Origin: Candidatus Woesearchaeota archaeon
Lineage (GTDB): Archaea; Nanobdellota; Nanobdellia; Pacearchaeales; UBA284
Direction of reading: 5' to 3'
Length of the DNA: 24,000 nt
Assembly: GCA_964354405.1 (NCBI GenBank)
Contig: CAYGZP010000003.1
Location: 8,666-32,665 of the forward strand
Every line of letters starts with the position of its first letter. The stretch's first letter is position 1. The position numbers and the translations under genes are program-made. The notes under the pieces are model-generated. The model did no database searches. It saw only the letters and a list, made by a program, of their open reading frames with translations, and was not told the DNA's origin. This document shows, one piece after another, positions 6,731 through 15,149 of the stretch.

Positions 6731-8014
6731 CTATGCAGTCCTTCCTTGCGGCGAAAACCTTGATAGTTTCGCGGCCAGTCCCTCACTGATACTCATTCTT
6801 GGTTTCTGGGAATCCGATGCACTTGGCGATGAGGAGATGCGCGACGATCCTTTCAGTTGTGCGATATACTCGTCTTTCTCTTTCACCATCTCTTGGTATG
6901 CCTTGAGTTGTGCTTGAATCTTCTGATAGGCGCGGCCTTGGTGGATCAGTCGGTTCATGTCTTCAACTGATGCCTGCTCGTTTGTTTGCTGTGTTGCTGC
7001 CAGTGCAATGGCCTCGTCGCGGGAGATGTCGAACTTGATTCCCTTTTCCTTCATGTAGTCAGCAACCACATCTGGAATTTCGGTAGCCCGATCAATCTCC
7101 TGTTGAGTATTTTTGTATCCTTCACGCCACTGGTTCAGATACTTGTTCCTGCCTTCTTGCTCTTTTTGTTTAGCGGTTTGAATGATATTCTGCTTGGTTT
7201 CTTCAAAGTTGACAAGAGCAGCGTGATGTCCTTGAGTTGCTTTGATGAAGCTGTTGACTTGCTCAGCGAATTGATACTGCTTGAATTGCGAGAGTGAGTT
7301 CGTGATTTCCTCGAACGCTTGGTCGCGGTCGGCTTCTGCCGCTCTACGATCCTCTTCGGAGGACGCATTGAAGATGGAGGCATTTGCATTGACAGCACGG
7401 GAGAATGTCGAAAGAAGAGTTGGATCATTCGATAGCAATTGTCGCGCAGTGTCGTAGGTATTCTTGATAGGATCGAGGTAAGTTTTTTTGAAGTCTGGAT
7501 TGCTCGTAATATCGTGGAAGTCCAGCTTACCCCGGAGTTCCTTGATCTGCTCTGATAGTTGTTGCTCAACGTCCAGCTTCTCTTGGTTGGCTTTGTTGAG
7601 TTGTTCTTGGTAGTGGTTGGCTTCTTTAGTCGATGTTGACTCGGAGACCATTCGCTCAAGTTCTTGGATTTTGGTTTCAAACTTGGGGATTTCATCTTTC
7701 TTGTATTTCTCAAGTTCTTCTTTGAGTTTGCGGTTCTCTTCGATTTGCCGCTCAACGAATCCTTTTTTCTTTCCTGTGCGGTCAGACGTGATTTCAGCTT
7801 CGGTAACTCCCGTGTGTTCTTCTGGTGGTTCTTCTTCATTGAATTTTTTAATGCCGAGATTGGGATCACCAATATTGGTAGCACTTGGCTTGCCTTCGTC
7901 GGATTGTTGTTGGCTGAACTTCTTGAGGAAGTCAGATGTGTTACCTTTAATCGGAACTTGAGGTTTAGCCTTCAGTTCTTTGATTACTTCTGCTGTGTCG
8001 TTTGGGTCTGCCAT
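6731..8014 (-). CDS. putative scaffolding protein (427 aa)
   Basis: Lies between the portal and capsid genes. It is highly charged and E/K/Q-rich with long heptad-like stretches (for example KKDEIPKFETKIQELERMVSE and EKLDVEQQLSEQIKELRGKLD), which is typical of scaffolds. Confidence 0.65.
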   Translation of the reverse strand: MADPNDTAEVIKELKAKPQVPIKGNTSDFLKKFSQQQSDEGKPSATNIGDPNLGIKKFNEEEPPEEHTGVTEAEITSDRTGKKKGFVERQIEENRKLKEELEKYKKDEIPKFETKIQELERMVSESTSTKEANHYQEQLNKANQEKLDVEQQLSEQIKELRGKLDFHDITSNPDFKKTYLDPIKNTYDTARQLLSNDPTLLSTFSRAVNANASIFNASSEEDRRAAEADRDQAFEEITNSLSQFKQYQFAEQVNSFIKATQGHHAALVNFEETKQNIIQTAKQKEQEGRNKYLNQWREGYKNTQQEIDRATEIPDVVADYMKEKGIKFDISRDEAIALAATQQTNEQASVEDMNRLIHQGRAYQKIQAQLKAYQEMVKEKDEYIAQLKGSSRISSSPSASDSQKPRMSISEGLAAKLSRFSPQGRTA

Positions 8015-8017
8015 AAA

Positions 8018-8263
8018 TTAGATTTCGTCGAGGTCTGGGTCGATTGTGATGTCCGCTGGTTCTTTATGTTTTCCAGCAACTTTTGTTTTTTTGAATGCTC
8101 CCTGCTCCTCAGTTCCAATAGCTTCAATAGTTTTGATTGCATGGATAAGCGTGGTTACTCCTTCTGGTGGGTTTACATTAAGTAGTAAATACGCCTGTAG
8201 TTTGTTCCAGTCTTCGTGTGAGGTTATTGCCGCGCATAGGGATTTTACTTTTTCTGTTGTCAT
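8018..8263 (-). CDS. hypothetical protein (81 aa)
   Basis: ORF-track entry. Its start overlaps the portal gene stop (8260-8263), and its own stop is 3 nt from the scaffold start. Confidence 0.6.
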   Translation of the reverse strand: MTTEKVKSLCAAITSHEDWNKLQAYLLLNVNPPEGVTTLIHAIKTIEAIGTEEQGAFKKTKVAGKHKEPADITIDPDLDEI

Positions 8264-10740
8264 GTTTGTGTTGGTGTTTCTTCCATCTCAACTTCTTCGG
8301 TAGCTTCTGGAGTTTCGACTTCTTCAGTCTCTTCTTCCTCTGGCTCTTCTTCCATCTCTGGAGCTTCCATCTCCGGTTGCTCTGCCTTCATCTTACCTTT
8401 AGTTTTCTGAATCTCAGCACGGGCTTTAGCCTTCTGAAGCGCGAGTTGGGTGATGCCCTGTTCCTTGCGCTGCTCAGTGCGTTGAGCGTGTGAGATAGAA
8501 GCCTTGCCAATCGAGATGTCAGCGAGCTTCTTCTTGGTATCAATCTCAATACCAGATTTAGCAGCGAGGTATTGGAGTTTGATGTCTTCTTCGGAGTTTG
8601 GTTGACCAGATTTTTGAGCTTCAGCTTCTGCCATCTGAACATACACTTGCTGGAGTTCGTCGGCCATTCCTTGAGCTTCGTTCATACCTTGCATGAATTG
8701 TTTCAAGAAGTCCTGCTTCGATGGGTCTTTGCTGATATACTCAACGTGCGCCATGATATGACCACCCTTGAACTTGATAGCACGGACTGCTTTCGAGATT
8801 TCGGCAAACTCTGGATTACCTTGCTGAACGGATTGCAGGTTCATCTGCAACTGCATTGCCAAGTCTTGGAAGTGACCTTGAGCGTGTTCGATGTGCGGAT
8901 CAGTTGGCAGCACAGGGAAGTTTGCAGGGTTGACGAACGCATCAGTCATACCAGCATTCTCAAATCCAATGATACGGGCAGTATCGTCGATCTTGCTTGG
9001 CTTAGTATTCCGATAGCGAGCTACGTTATCTCGGCCCGATAGTGCGGCGATTGCATCCTTAACTGCATTCTCCTGCCCTTCGTTTGCTGGAGTGATTGCT
9101 GTAATCTGCAATAGTTTTTCTGCTGTGATGAGTTTGAACGATGGGCTACCTGCTCCATTGATGAGGTTGGAGCGGATGCTTGTGATGTTCTTCCATTGTG
9201 CGGCTTCTTTTGGAGTGCCAAGTTCTTCAAGAATCTCGTAGAACTTCTTCACATACTCGTATCCATCATCGCTGGATTTGGAGCTTACGAAGCGTTTGTA
9301 GAGTTGTTTGAAGTAAAGAGTTTGGCACTCATTGAATCGACGAATCTGAGTTCCAGATAGTTTAGCTGACTCGGCGGCATCCAGTTCTGCTTCGCCTTTT
9401 GTCCTCTGCTTTCCTCCAGCGGTAGGTGCGTTGATACGATACTGCCCCATGCCCCTATACATATCTCCCATGAAGAACTGCATGAAGCTCATGCTTTCTG
9501 CTACTGGAAGTTGGAAGCGGTTCTGGATGAACTTTGCCCCATCTGGCATTACGCTAATAGGCAACCATTCCATCTGCTTCAGCATCTTGGTTGCGTCTGG
9601 CCCTTGTCCTTCGATCATCAACATGGAGTTGAGTCGAACAGCATCAACCAGCGAGTTCATTGTGAAGTCATACTGGCGGCAGGCAACGAACGCCGATTCC
9701 GCTTGGCTCTTGATGTCTTGGAAGAGTCCGCTACCAACTGAGTCGGTGAGCATATACATGATCTCATCCCATGAGTCGAAAAGTCCAATCTTGAGCATCA
9801 TAAACCCGTGTTGGGTTCTGATGTCATCTTCGCTGATCTTGCCAGCACCCTTGATGTTGGAGTTGATATAGTCGGAGATTGGTTGGTAGTCTTGAAGGAT
9901 AATCGCCTTGCTGATTTTGCCATCGAACTCTCTCCAGTAGACTTCGTAGAGGTCGATCTTTTGGTTTACCGATAGTGACCAGTTGAATCCAGATTCGCTG
10001 ATCGTGCGGAAGAAGTCTTCACGGGTCTTGCGGTGGTTGCTGAATGCGCGGTGGAATCTGATAGCATCAATTGCTGCGTCCACATTCCATCCCATTGCTT
10101 CTGCTGCTGCACGATTCTCAATCTTCTTGTAGAGTTCGTATGGAGTCAAACGGACACGGCGAACAAACTCCTCAAGGTTGCAGAAGTCGATCCTAATGTC
10201 GTCTGGAAATAGAAGGTCGGAGAGGAAGACGTGTTCTGGCATCCATCCCATTGGTGAATCCCACATACCGATGCCTTTTCCATACAACAGCATTTCCTCA
10301 AGGTCTTGCTCTGTATTGTAGAGGTATCCGGGCCATTCTCGGATTGCTTGGTCGAATGCAATGGAAATGTTTTCGGAGTTAACGAGTCGTTCTTTTTCAT
10401 TTCCAAATTTGCTCTTGATCGTGCAACAAGCCTGCCGCTCGGTGATTACATCGTAGTAACTGGACTTCTGGTTATCAACAATGAATGCAAGTTGTCCGTA
10501 GTTCACATCCGATTGCCAAGGAAGTCGCTTCTCCGCGAGCTTGCTATAACCAGTAGGCGGGAATGATTTATAGGCTTTAAAAATACGTATACGTTTGTTC
10601 TCGCGTCCGATGTTAGCAAGTCGAAGATGATTTGCTATGTTCCAGCAATGCGAGGCATTGGAGATTCGTGTTTCCGGTGGTTTACCATTTTCATCAAGTG
10701 TAGCTAAACTGAAATTATCGGAGCCGATGCTTAAAGACAT
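8260..10740 (-). CDS. putative portal protein (826 aa)
   Basis: It is the largest head-module ORF, immediately upstream of the scaffold and capsid genes and near the terminase. The C-terminal tail is extremely acidic (EMEAPEMEEEPEEEETEEVETPEATEEVEMEETPTQT). The assignment is by size and synteny only. Confidence 0.6.
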   Translation of the reverse strand: MSLSIGSDNFSLATLDENGKPPETRISNASHCWNIANHLRLANIGRENKRIRIFKAYKSFPPTGYSKLAEKRLPWQSDVNYGQLAFIVDNQKSSYYDVITERQACCTIKSKFGNEKERLVNSENISIAFDQAIREWPGYLYNTEQDLEEMLLYGKGIGMWDSPMGWMPEHVFLSDLLFPDDIRIDFCNLEEFVRRVRLTPYELYKKIENRAAAEAMGWNVDAAIDAIRFHRAFSNHRKTREDFFRTISESGFNWSLSVNQKIDLYEVYWREFDGKISKAIILQDYQPISDYINSNIKGAGKISEDDIRTQHGFMMLKIGLFDSWDEIMYMLTDSVGSGLFQDIKSQAESAFVACRQYDFTMNSLVDAVRLNSMLMIEGQGPDATKMLKQMEWLPISVMPDGAKFIQNRFQLPVAESMSFMQFFMGDMYRGMGQYRINAPTAGGKQRTKGEAELDAAESAKLSGTQIRRFNECQTLYFKQLYKRFVSSKSSDDGYEYVKKFYEILEELGTPKEAAQWKNITSIRSNLINGAGSPSFKLITAEKLLQITAITPANEGQENAVKDAIAALSGRDNVARYRNTKPSKIDDTARIIGFENAGMTDAFVNPANFPVLPTDPHIEHAQGHFQDLAMQLQMNLQSVQQGNPEFAEISKAVRAIKFKGGHIMAHVEYISKDPSKQDFLKQFMQGMNEAQGMADELQQVYVQMAEAEAQKSGQPNSEEDIKLQYLAAKSGIEIDTKKKLADISIGKASISHAQRTEQRKEQGITQLALQKAKARAEIQKTKGKMKAEQPEMEAPEMEEEPEEEETEEVETPEATEEVEMEETPTQT

Positions 10741-10743
10741 ATA

Positions 10744-11418
10744 TTAAATAAGTTGAAGTTCTTCCCACCTCAGTGAGTTTTTTGAATTTTTTTTAAGGTT
10801 TAGTTTTGCTGGCAATACCTGTAAATTTGAAGGTATATGCAATCCTCCCTTTGAAATTGGAATTACATGGTCAACATGAAACTGAATTCCAAATCTTTTT
10901 TCAAGTCTTATTCTTTGCAAGTATATTGTTTCAATAATCAGTTTTTGATTATGCGTCAAATCTGGTGTGTTGTTTTTTTTGGTGGCTCTACGTTTCGCGC
11001 TTCCTTTTCTTAAAAGTAATTTATATCTTTCCGGATTTTCCTTTTTCCAATTTTTAAAATTTTCTTTAGCTTTTACTGAATTTAATTTATTCCACTCCCT
11101 TGAATTTTGCCGATGTTTTTCTGGATTTTTTTTCTTTTGCTCCCGATCTCTTTTTCTAAAAAGATCAATATTGTTTAAACGAGCAATTTTTGTTTTAGCG
11201 AGTTTTTTTAGTCTGTTTTTAGAATACCATTCTCTTTCATATCCCCTACGAGAATTTAAATTTTCATTCCTATTTTTTGTAGACCATTCATTTTGAGATT
11301 TTTTAAGTTCGCAAAATTTTTCTTCAGTAACCCAATATCCTTTTTTGCGAATCAATGCCCAGAAAACCATGCCATCCTCTCGGACATCCCCGCGCTTATA
11401 TTTGATGATGGTTTCCAT
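10744..11418 (-). CDS. HNH endonuclease (224 aa)
   Basis: C-terminal HNH motif FHVDHVIPISKGGLHIPSNLQVLPAKLNLKKN (the DH..P..GG.H..N..N pattern). The N-terminal half is basic and repetitive (W..KNR, RKR, KKN). It is adjacent to the portal and terminase, as packaging-associated HNH proteins are. Confidence 0.8.
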   Translation of the reverse strand: METIIKYKRGDVREDGMVFWALIRKKGYWVTEEKFCELKKSQNEWSTKNRNENLNSRRGYEREWYSKNRLKKLAKTKIARLNNIDLFRKRDREQKKKNPEKHRQNSREWNKLNSVKAKENFKNWKKENPERYKLLLRKGSAKRRATKKNNTPDLTHNQKLIIETIYLQRIRLEKRFGIQFHVDHVIPISKGGLHIPSNLQVLPAKLNLKKNSKNSLRWEELQLI

Positions 11419-11420
11419 TT

Positions 11421-11436
11421 TTATCGTTTACGATAA
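11421..11436. repeat. palindromic box TTATCGTTTACGATAA (copy 4, identical 16-mer to copy 1)
   Basis: Perfect half-sites. The minus-strand spacer TAAA contains the TAA stop (11428-11430) of the 125-aa gene. The HNH gene ATG (11418) follows 2 nt after the box. Confidence 0.9.
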
Positions 11437-11805
11437 TTTATTCAAAGCGTTTCTTCGCTTGTTACATGAAGAACATCCGCGAGCTTTATGCTCAAGTTTA
11501 GTTCCTAAAACCTTATCGGTAGCCGCTGCTACAGTGTGGATAGCTTGGGCAATACGATCCCCAAGTCCATCAGCATACCAGCAACGATCACTTGGTTGAC
11601 GCTGGCAGATTTGATCTTCAACCATTTGCTCAATGTTACTTGGCAGTTCAACTCCGTTTGAGCGATAATCCTTTTGGATATTCTGCATCAAGCTACTCCA
11701 TGTGCTTCCGTAAACAATAGCAGGGAATGTGAGTTTATCACGCTTGATCTCATACTTCCAGTAAAAGCCACCGACTGGAGCGAGGTTTTTGTTTTTCAGT
11801 TTCAT
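11428..11805 (-). CDS. hypothetical protein (125 aa), first gene of the leftward late cluster
   Basis: ORF-track entry. It has a C-terminal Cys pair (GCSSCNKRRNALN). No assignable function. Confidence 0.55.
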   Translation of the reverse strand: MKLKNKNLAPVGGFYWKYEIKRDKLTFPAIVYGSTWSSLMQNIQKDYRSNGVELPSNIEQMVEDQICQRQPSDRCWYADGLGDRIAQAIHTVAAATDKVLGTKLEHKARGCSSCNKRRNALNKLS

Positions 11806-11841
11806 CTTGCCTTTCGACGGAAAATATATTTTCTTATTGAT

Positions 11842-13692
11842 ATGTCAAGAGTTTTTTCTTCCAACAAGGGTATTCAGAAATATGGGATGAAGTTCCCAGA
11901 AAACATGGACGAACTTGGAATAGAACTTTATTGCTATGCAATTTCCCGTGGAGAATATGGAAAAGAATACTGCGTTAAGCACAATATTAACCTAACAGAT
12001 TTTAAATTACTCTCTCCATCTGAACATTTCCTTAATGCTGTGAAACTTCAATGGCCGACTGAGGTTTCTATCTACAGTCGAGGATATACGAATACTCAGT
12101 TGGTTAGGACACTGGATGAGTTATGTTCCAATACTGACATCTGTTTAGCAGGCGCGGCTTCGATGGGTAAGTCATTTCCAGTTGCACTTTGGATTTATCT
12201 TGATTGGTGTTCTGCCCCACACTGCACTTCTTCTTGGGTTGCTACAACTACTCTGGGTGCATCTGAAGATCGTATCTGGGGTATCATTTCTAAACTTTGG
12301 AAGTCTGCCAGTGTTCAGTATGGTAAGTTGATCGACTATAGACACATGATTGTTTGGGGAGGCGCATCCAACGACGAAGATAAAGATTATCGTAATGCGA
12401 TAAAAGCTCTCGCTTTTCAGTCTGGTAACGAAGGTCAGAAGGCTATTGATACTACCCGTGGTCGTAAGAATGATCGTGTTCGATTGGCACTTGATGAGTT
12501 GCCCGAAATGGAGTTAGGAGCAATCACTGCTCGCGTTAACCTTTCTGCAAATAACGATATTACATTTATAGGTATCGGAAACCCGTCAGCAGGCGACAAC
12601 CCTCACACTCGTTGGGCAATGCCTAAAGGTCATTCCAACTTCGATTCTGTCAATCCAGACATGATGAAGTGGGATACGGAAACTGGCGTTTGCTTATTCT
12701 ACAACGGCATGAAGTCTCCTAACTTCGCTGCGCCTGCCCATGAACCATCTCCATTTCCGTTTCTGATGGATCGCAAGAAGCAGGAAATAATGCTCAAACA
12801 ATGTTACGGCGATGAAAATGCTATTGACTATGTTCGTAATGCTATCGGTTGGTGGCCGAAAACGGGATTTGCTCAAACTATTCTCACTGCTGATCTCATT
12901 CGTAACGCCGATACGAACGAAGAACCACTTTGGGATTCTGAAGGATTTACTAAGGTAGCAGGATTCGATACCGCATTTACAGTTGGTGGTGATAGATGCG
13001 TTCTGACTATCGCCAAACTTGGGTATGTGCGAGGGACTCGCAATCGTGTTATGTGGCTTGAGAGTCAAAAGGTAATTCAACTATCTGCTAACGCCGCTGC
13101 TGAGTTTGAAATCCAACTGGCTAACGAAGTTGTTGCTTTATGTCGTGCTGCTGGAGTGCAACCATCTAAATTCGGTATGGACGTGTCTGGTGATGGTGGC
13201 CGAGTTGGACAGGCTATTATTCGTGAGTGGCTACGTTTTGATTCCTCTGGAGCCGCAATCGCTCTTATCTCATCTATGGGTAAACCTACTGACCGAATCG
13301 CGGCAGAGGTTGATAAACGCCCGTGTAAGGATGTTTACGATAGGTTGGTATCTGAGTATTACTACTCATGCTATCACGCATTCAAGAGTCGAGTTATTTA
13401 TGGCATTGATCCCGCTTCCGATTTGGCGCGGGAACTTTGCCTTCGCCGATACACGATTAAATCTAAGAAGATCGCCATTGAAACTAAAGATGAGTTGAAG
13501 GGTAGGACTGGTTACTCTCCCGATTTGAGTGACAGCTTGATCTACGCACTCGAAATGGCGCGGCGTAATGGACTCGTATTTATCGGAAACGATAAACCAG
13601 TTCCAACTAACCGATTCTGGGCGCGGGATGAGGTATCAATTGATACCACTCAAGACGATGACTACGGATCAGACGATAACGGAGATTGGTAA
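11842..13692 (+). CDS. terL: terminase large subunit (616 aa from the ATG at 11842)
   Basis: Walker A-like LAGAASMGKS. Walker B-like RVRLALDELPE. RNaseH-like nuclease motifs GFDTAFTVGGDRCV and SPDLSDSLIYALEMA near the C-terminus. The track ORF begins at 11674, but that extension overlaps the divergent 125-aa gene, so I chose the internal ATG at 11842 (MSRVFSS...). Confidence 0.85.
   Translation: MSRVFSSNKGIQKYGMKFPENMDELGIELYCYAISRGEYGKEYCVKHNINLTDFKLLSPSEHFLNAVKLQWPTEVSIYSRGYTNTQLVRTLDELCSNTDICLAGAASMGKSFPVALWIYLDWCSAPHCTSSWVATTTLGASEDRIWGIISKLWKSASVQYGKLIDYRHMIVWGGASNDEDKDYRNAIKALAFQSGNEGQKAIDTTRGRKNDRVRLALDELPEMELGAITARVNLSANNDITFIGIGNPSAGDNPHTRWAMPKGHSNFDSVNPDMMKWDTETGVCLFYNGMKSPNFAAPAHEPSPFPFLMDRKKQEIMLKQCYGDENAIDYVRNAIGWWPKTGFAQTILTADLIRNADTNEEPLWDSEGFTKVAGFDTAFTVGGDRCVLTIAKLGYVRGTRNRVMWLESQKVIQLSANAAAEFEIQLANEVVALCRAAGVQPSKFGMDVSGDGGRVGQAIIREWLRFDSSGAAIALISSMGKPTDRIAAEVDKRPCKDVYDRLVSEYYYSCYHAFKSRVIYGIDPASDLARELCLRRYTIKSKKIAIETKDELKGRTGYSPDLSDSLIYALEMARRNGLVFIGNDKPVPTNRFWARDEVSIDTTQDDDYGSDDNGDW
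13580..13595. repeat. palindromic box TTATCGGAAACGATAA (copy 5, inside terL)
   Basis: Perfect half-sites. It encodes FIGNDK about 100 nt before the terL stop. The 16-mer is identical to copy 8 in the helicase gene but is read in a different frame. Confidence 0.9.
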
Positions 13693-13847
13693 GTAGCAGG
13701 AACGGGTATGCATCCCCTTTTCAGATGTGGGCTTTCTGGAGTCTAGGAGGCTCATGCCCCGCCCATCCAGCCGCTCACCTATCTACCGCTACGCAATCGA
13801 GGAAGGTTAAAGACGGCAGTATATGACCACCTGCCTGCTAAAATGGT

Positions 13848-13860
13848 GGCCGGGTTAACT
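13848..13860. repeat. 13-bp direct repeat GGCCGGGTTAACT (left copy)
   Basis: Exact match to 14415-14427. It overlaps the stop codon (13855-13857) of the HNH-AP2 gene. Confidence 0.9.
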
Positions 13861-14346
13861 GGTAAATGCGTCACGAAAAGCCATTGCGTCCGTGAGATGC
13901 CTACGATGCGTGTATTTTCGTTGCCCATTACGCTGGACTTGGACTTTCCACCACACTCCCGATTTTCTTGGTATCGTAACTTGTCGAATATTAACCATTT
14001 TGTGGTCGCACCTTTCGGAGTTGATGCAGTTTTCCGATACGGTAGCAATGCGTAAATTTTGTATGCGATTGTCGATTTTTACGCGATTGATGTGATCAAG
14101 AATTCCGTTTGGCCATTCTCCATAAAATAAAACCCATGCTACTCTATGGGCTAACATTTTTTGTCGAACGCCATTATGAAATAATGTTATGGATAAATAT
14201 CCGTGGCCATCACTTGTTCCTGCTGGTTGACCAACTCCTTTTGATGTTGGAACTCCGTTTGATCGAACAGACCCAGCAATCCGAGTGATGATTCCAGTTG
14301 TTGGATTGTAAGAAAAATATTGTCGAATAATTTCAGGTGAGTGCAT
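13855..14346 (-). mobile_element. free-standing HNH-AP2 homing endonuclease gene (163 aa)
   Basis: GYLSITLFHNGVRQKMLAHRVAWVLFYGEWPNGILDHINRVKIDNRIQNLRIATVSENCINS is the classic HNH_3 homing-endonuclease pattern (HR..w...G......DHIN....DNR..NLR). The C-terminal VWWKVQVQRNGQRKYTHRRHLTDAMAFRDAF is AP2-like. It is flanked by 13-bp direct repeats in an otherwise non-coding gap. Confidence 0.8.
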
Positions 14347-14414
14347 TTAAAGATAATGCCGATGCAGTGTCCTTATTTCAAGTTTTATTTTAGCTGCAAA
14401 TTATATAAAAGGGA

Positions 14415-14427
14415 GGCCGGGTTAACT
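14415..14427. repeat. 13-bp direct repeat GGCCGGGTTAACT (right copy)
   Basis: Exact match to 13848-13860. It lies 69 nt upstream of the HNH-AP2 start codon. Confidence 0.9.
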
Positions 14428-14635
14428 CAGCATTATTGATGCCCACAGGTGATCGTTTCTGTCGCTTGCATCTCATCCGCCGACCATATAAAATTTAATA
14501 CTGGGCCAAGGCGTTACTCTTGGTCACGGTTTCGGTGACGGCCCCGTGTATTGCCGCTTGGATTGTGAGTCCAATCAAACAAGACTACTTTAAAGCTCGT
14601 AGTTAGCTGCATGACTCCATGCTTCCCAGTAAAGA

Positions 14636-14863
14636 TCAATCCAGAATACCTTCAAGTTCCAAGGTATTTGCTACTTCTTCTGGCACTACTATACGAATCA
14701 TTTTCTCCCCGTCAAGAAAACCAAGGGTTTCTTTAACGCGAATATCGCTTTTCCTTACCCAACATTGGTTGAATTTCTGAACAAACAGAATTTTTGTTGG
14801 GTTCTCACTTACTTCAATTCCCTCGCAGATTATGCGGGATTCAAACGTGTTACTTGTAGTCAT
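14636..14863 (-). CDS. hypothetical early protein (75 aa)
   Basis: ORF-track entry and last gene of the leftward early operon. Its start overlaps the upstream nuclease gene by 14 nt. Confidence 0.55.
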   Translation of the reverse strand: MTTSNTFESRIICEGIEVSENPTKILFVQKFNQCWVRKSDIRVKETLGFLDGEKMIRIVVPEEVANTLELEGILD

Positions 14864-15149
14864 AAATTAAATATCCTAAATCTCTTGCCCATCCTACTTC
14901 GTGGTGGACTTTGGAGTGGCACGGACGGCAAAGAGCCATGAAAGAGGACTTATCACACAAGAACTTACCCCTCCCTTTTTTGTGATGCAGGTCGCTTGCG
15001 GCTTGGTTGCATATCTCACACTGGTAGTTTTTTTCTTCAAAGTATTCTGTTTTGGCTTTCTCGTAGTCGGCATTCTTTGCTTTTCTTGATCCTGATAAAC
15101 TCTTTAACTTGCCACCCGTTTTTTTGAAACCTTTTTTTCGACTGAGCAT
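14850..15149 (-). CDS. small zinc-finger / HNH-type nuclease (99 aa)
   Basis: CEICNQAASDLHHKKGRGKFLCDKSSFMALCRPCHSKVHH carries the CxxC...HH...CxxCH..H pattern typical of small phage HNH proteins. The N-terminus is lysine-rich. Confidence 0.65.
   Translation of the reverse strand: MLSRKKGFKKTGGKLKSLSGSRKAKNADYEKAKTEYFEEKNYQCEICNQAASDLHHKKGRGKFLCDKSSFMALCRPCHSKVHHEVGWARDLGYLIYDYK

Noticed and set aside
7135-8185. Long alternative-frame and antisense ORFs inside the scaffold gene (7135..7884 minus, 249 aa; 7617..7961 and 7664..8185 plus).
   Set aside because: The scaffold gene is GAA/AAG/GAG-rich and low-complexity. Shifted and antisense frames of such sequence are naturally stop-poor and give K/R/S-rich or F/L-rich nonsense translations. 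Unlike the methyltransferase case, there are no nested starts or stops and no motif content.
12694-13498. ORFs inside terL (12694..13080 minus, 128 aa; 13106..13498 plus, 130 aa).
   Set aside because: They are fully contained in a gene with clear terminase motifs, and they have no independent signals or recognisable sequence features.
13705-13725. A possible intrinsic terminator after terL (GGGTATGCATCCCC followed by TTTTC).
   Set aside because: Only a 3-bp GGG/CCC stem can form around the ATGCAT palindrome, with a mismatch beyond it, and the T-run is short. This is too weak to call.
14558-14574. A T-arm-like hairpin TTGGA-TTGTGAG-TCCAA, which raised the possibility of a tRNA or tmRNA in the terL-proximal gap.
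   Set aside because: The loop lacks the conserved T-loop residues (TTCRANY). I could not build acceptor, D and anticodon stems around it on either strand.
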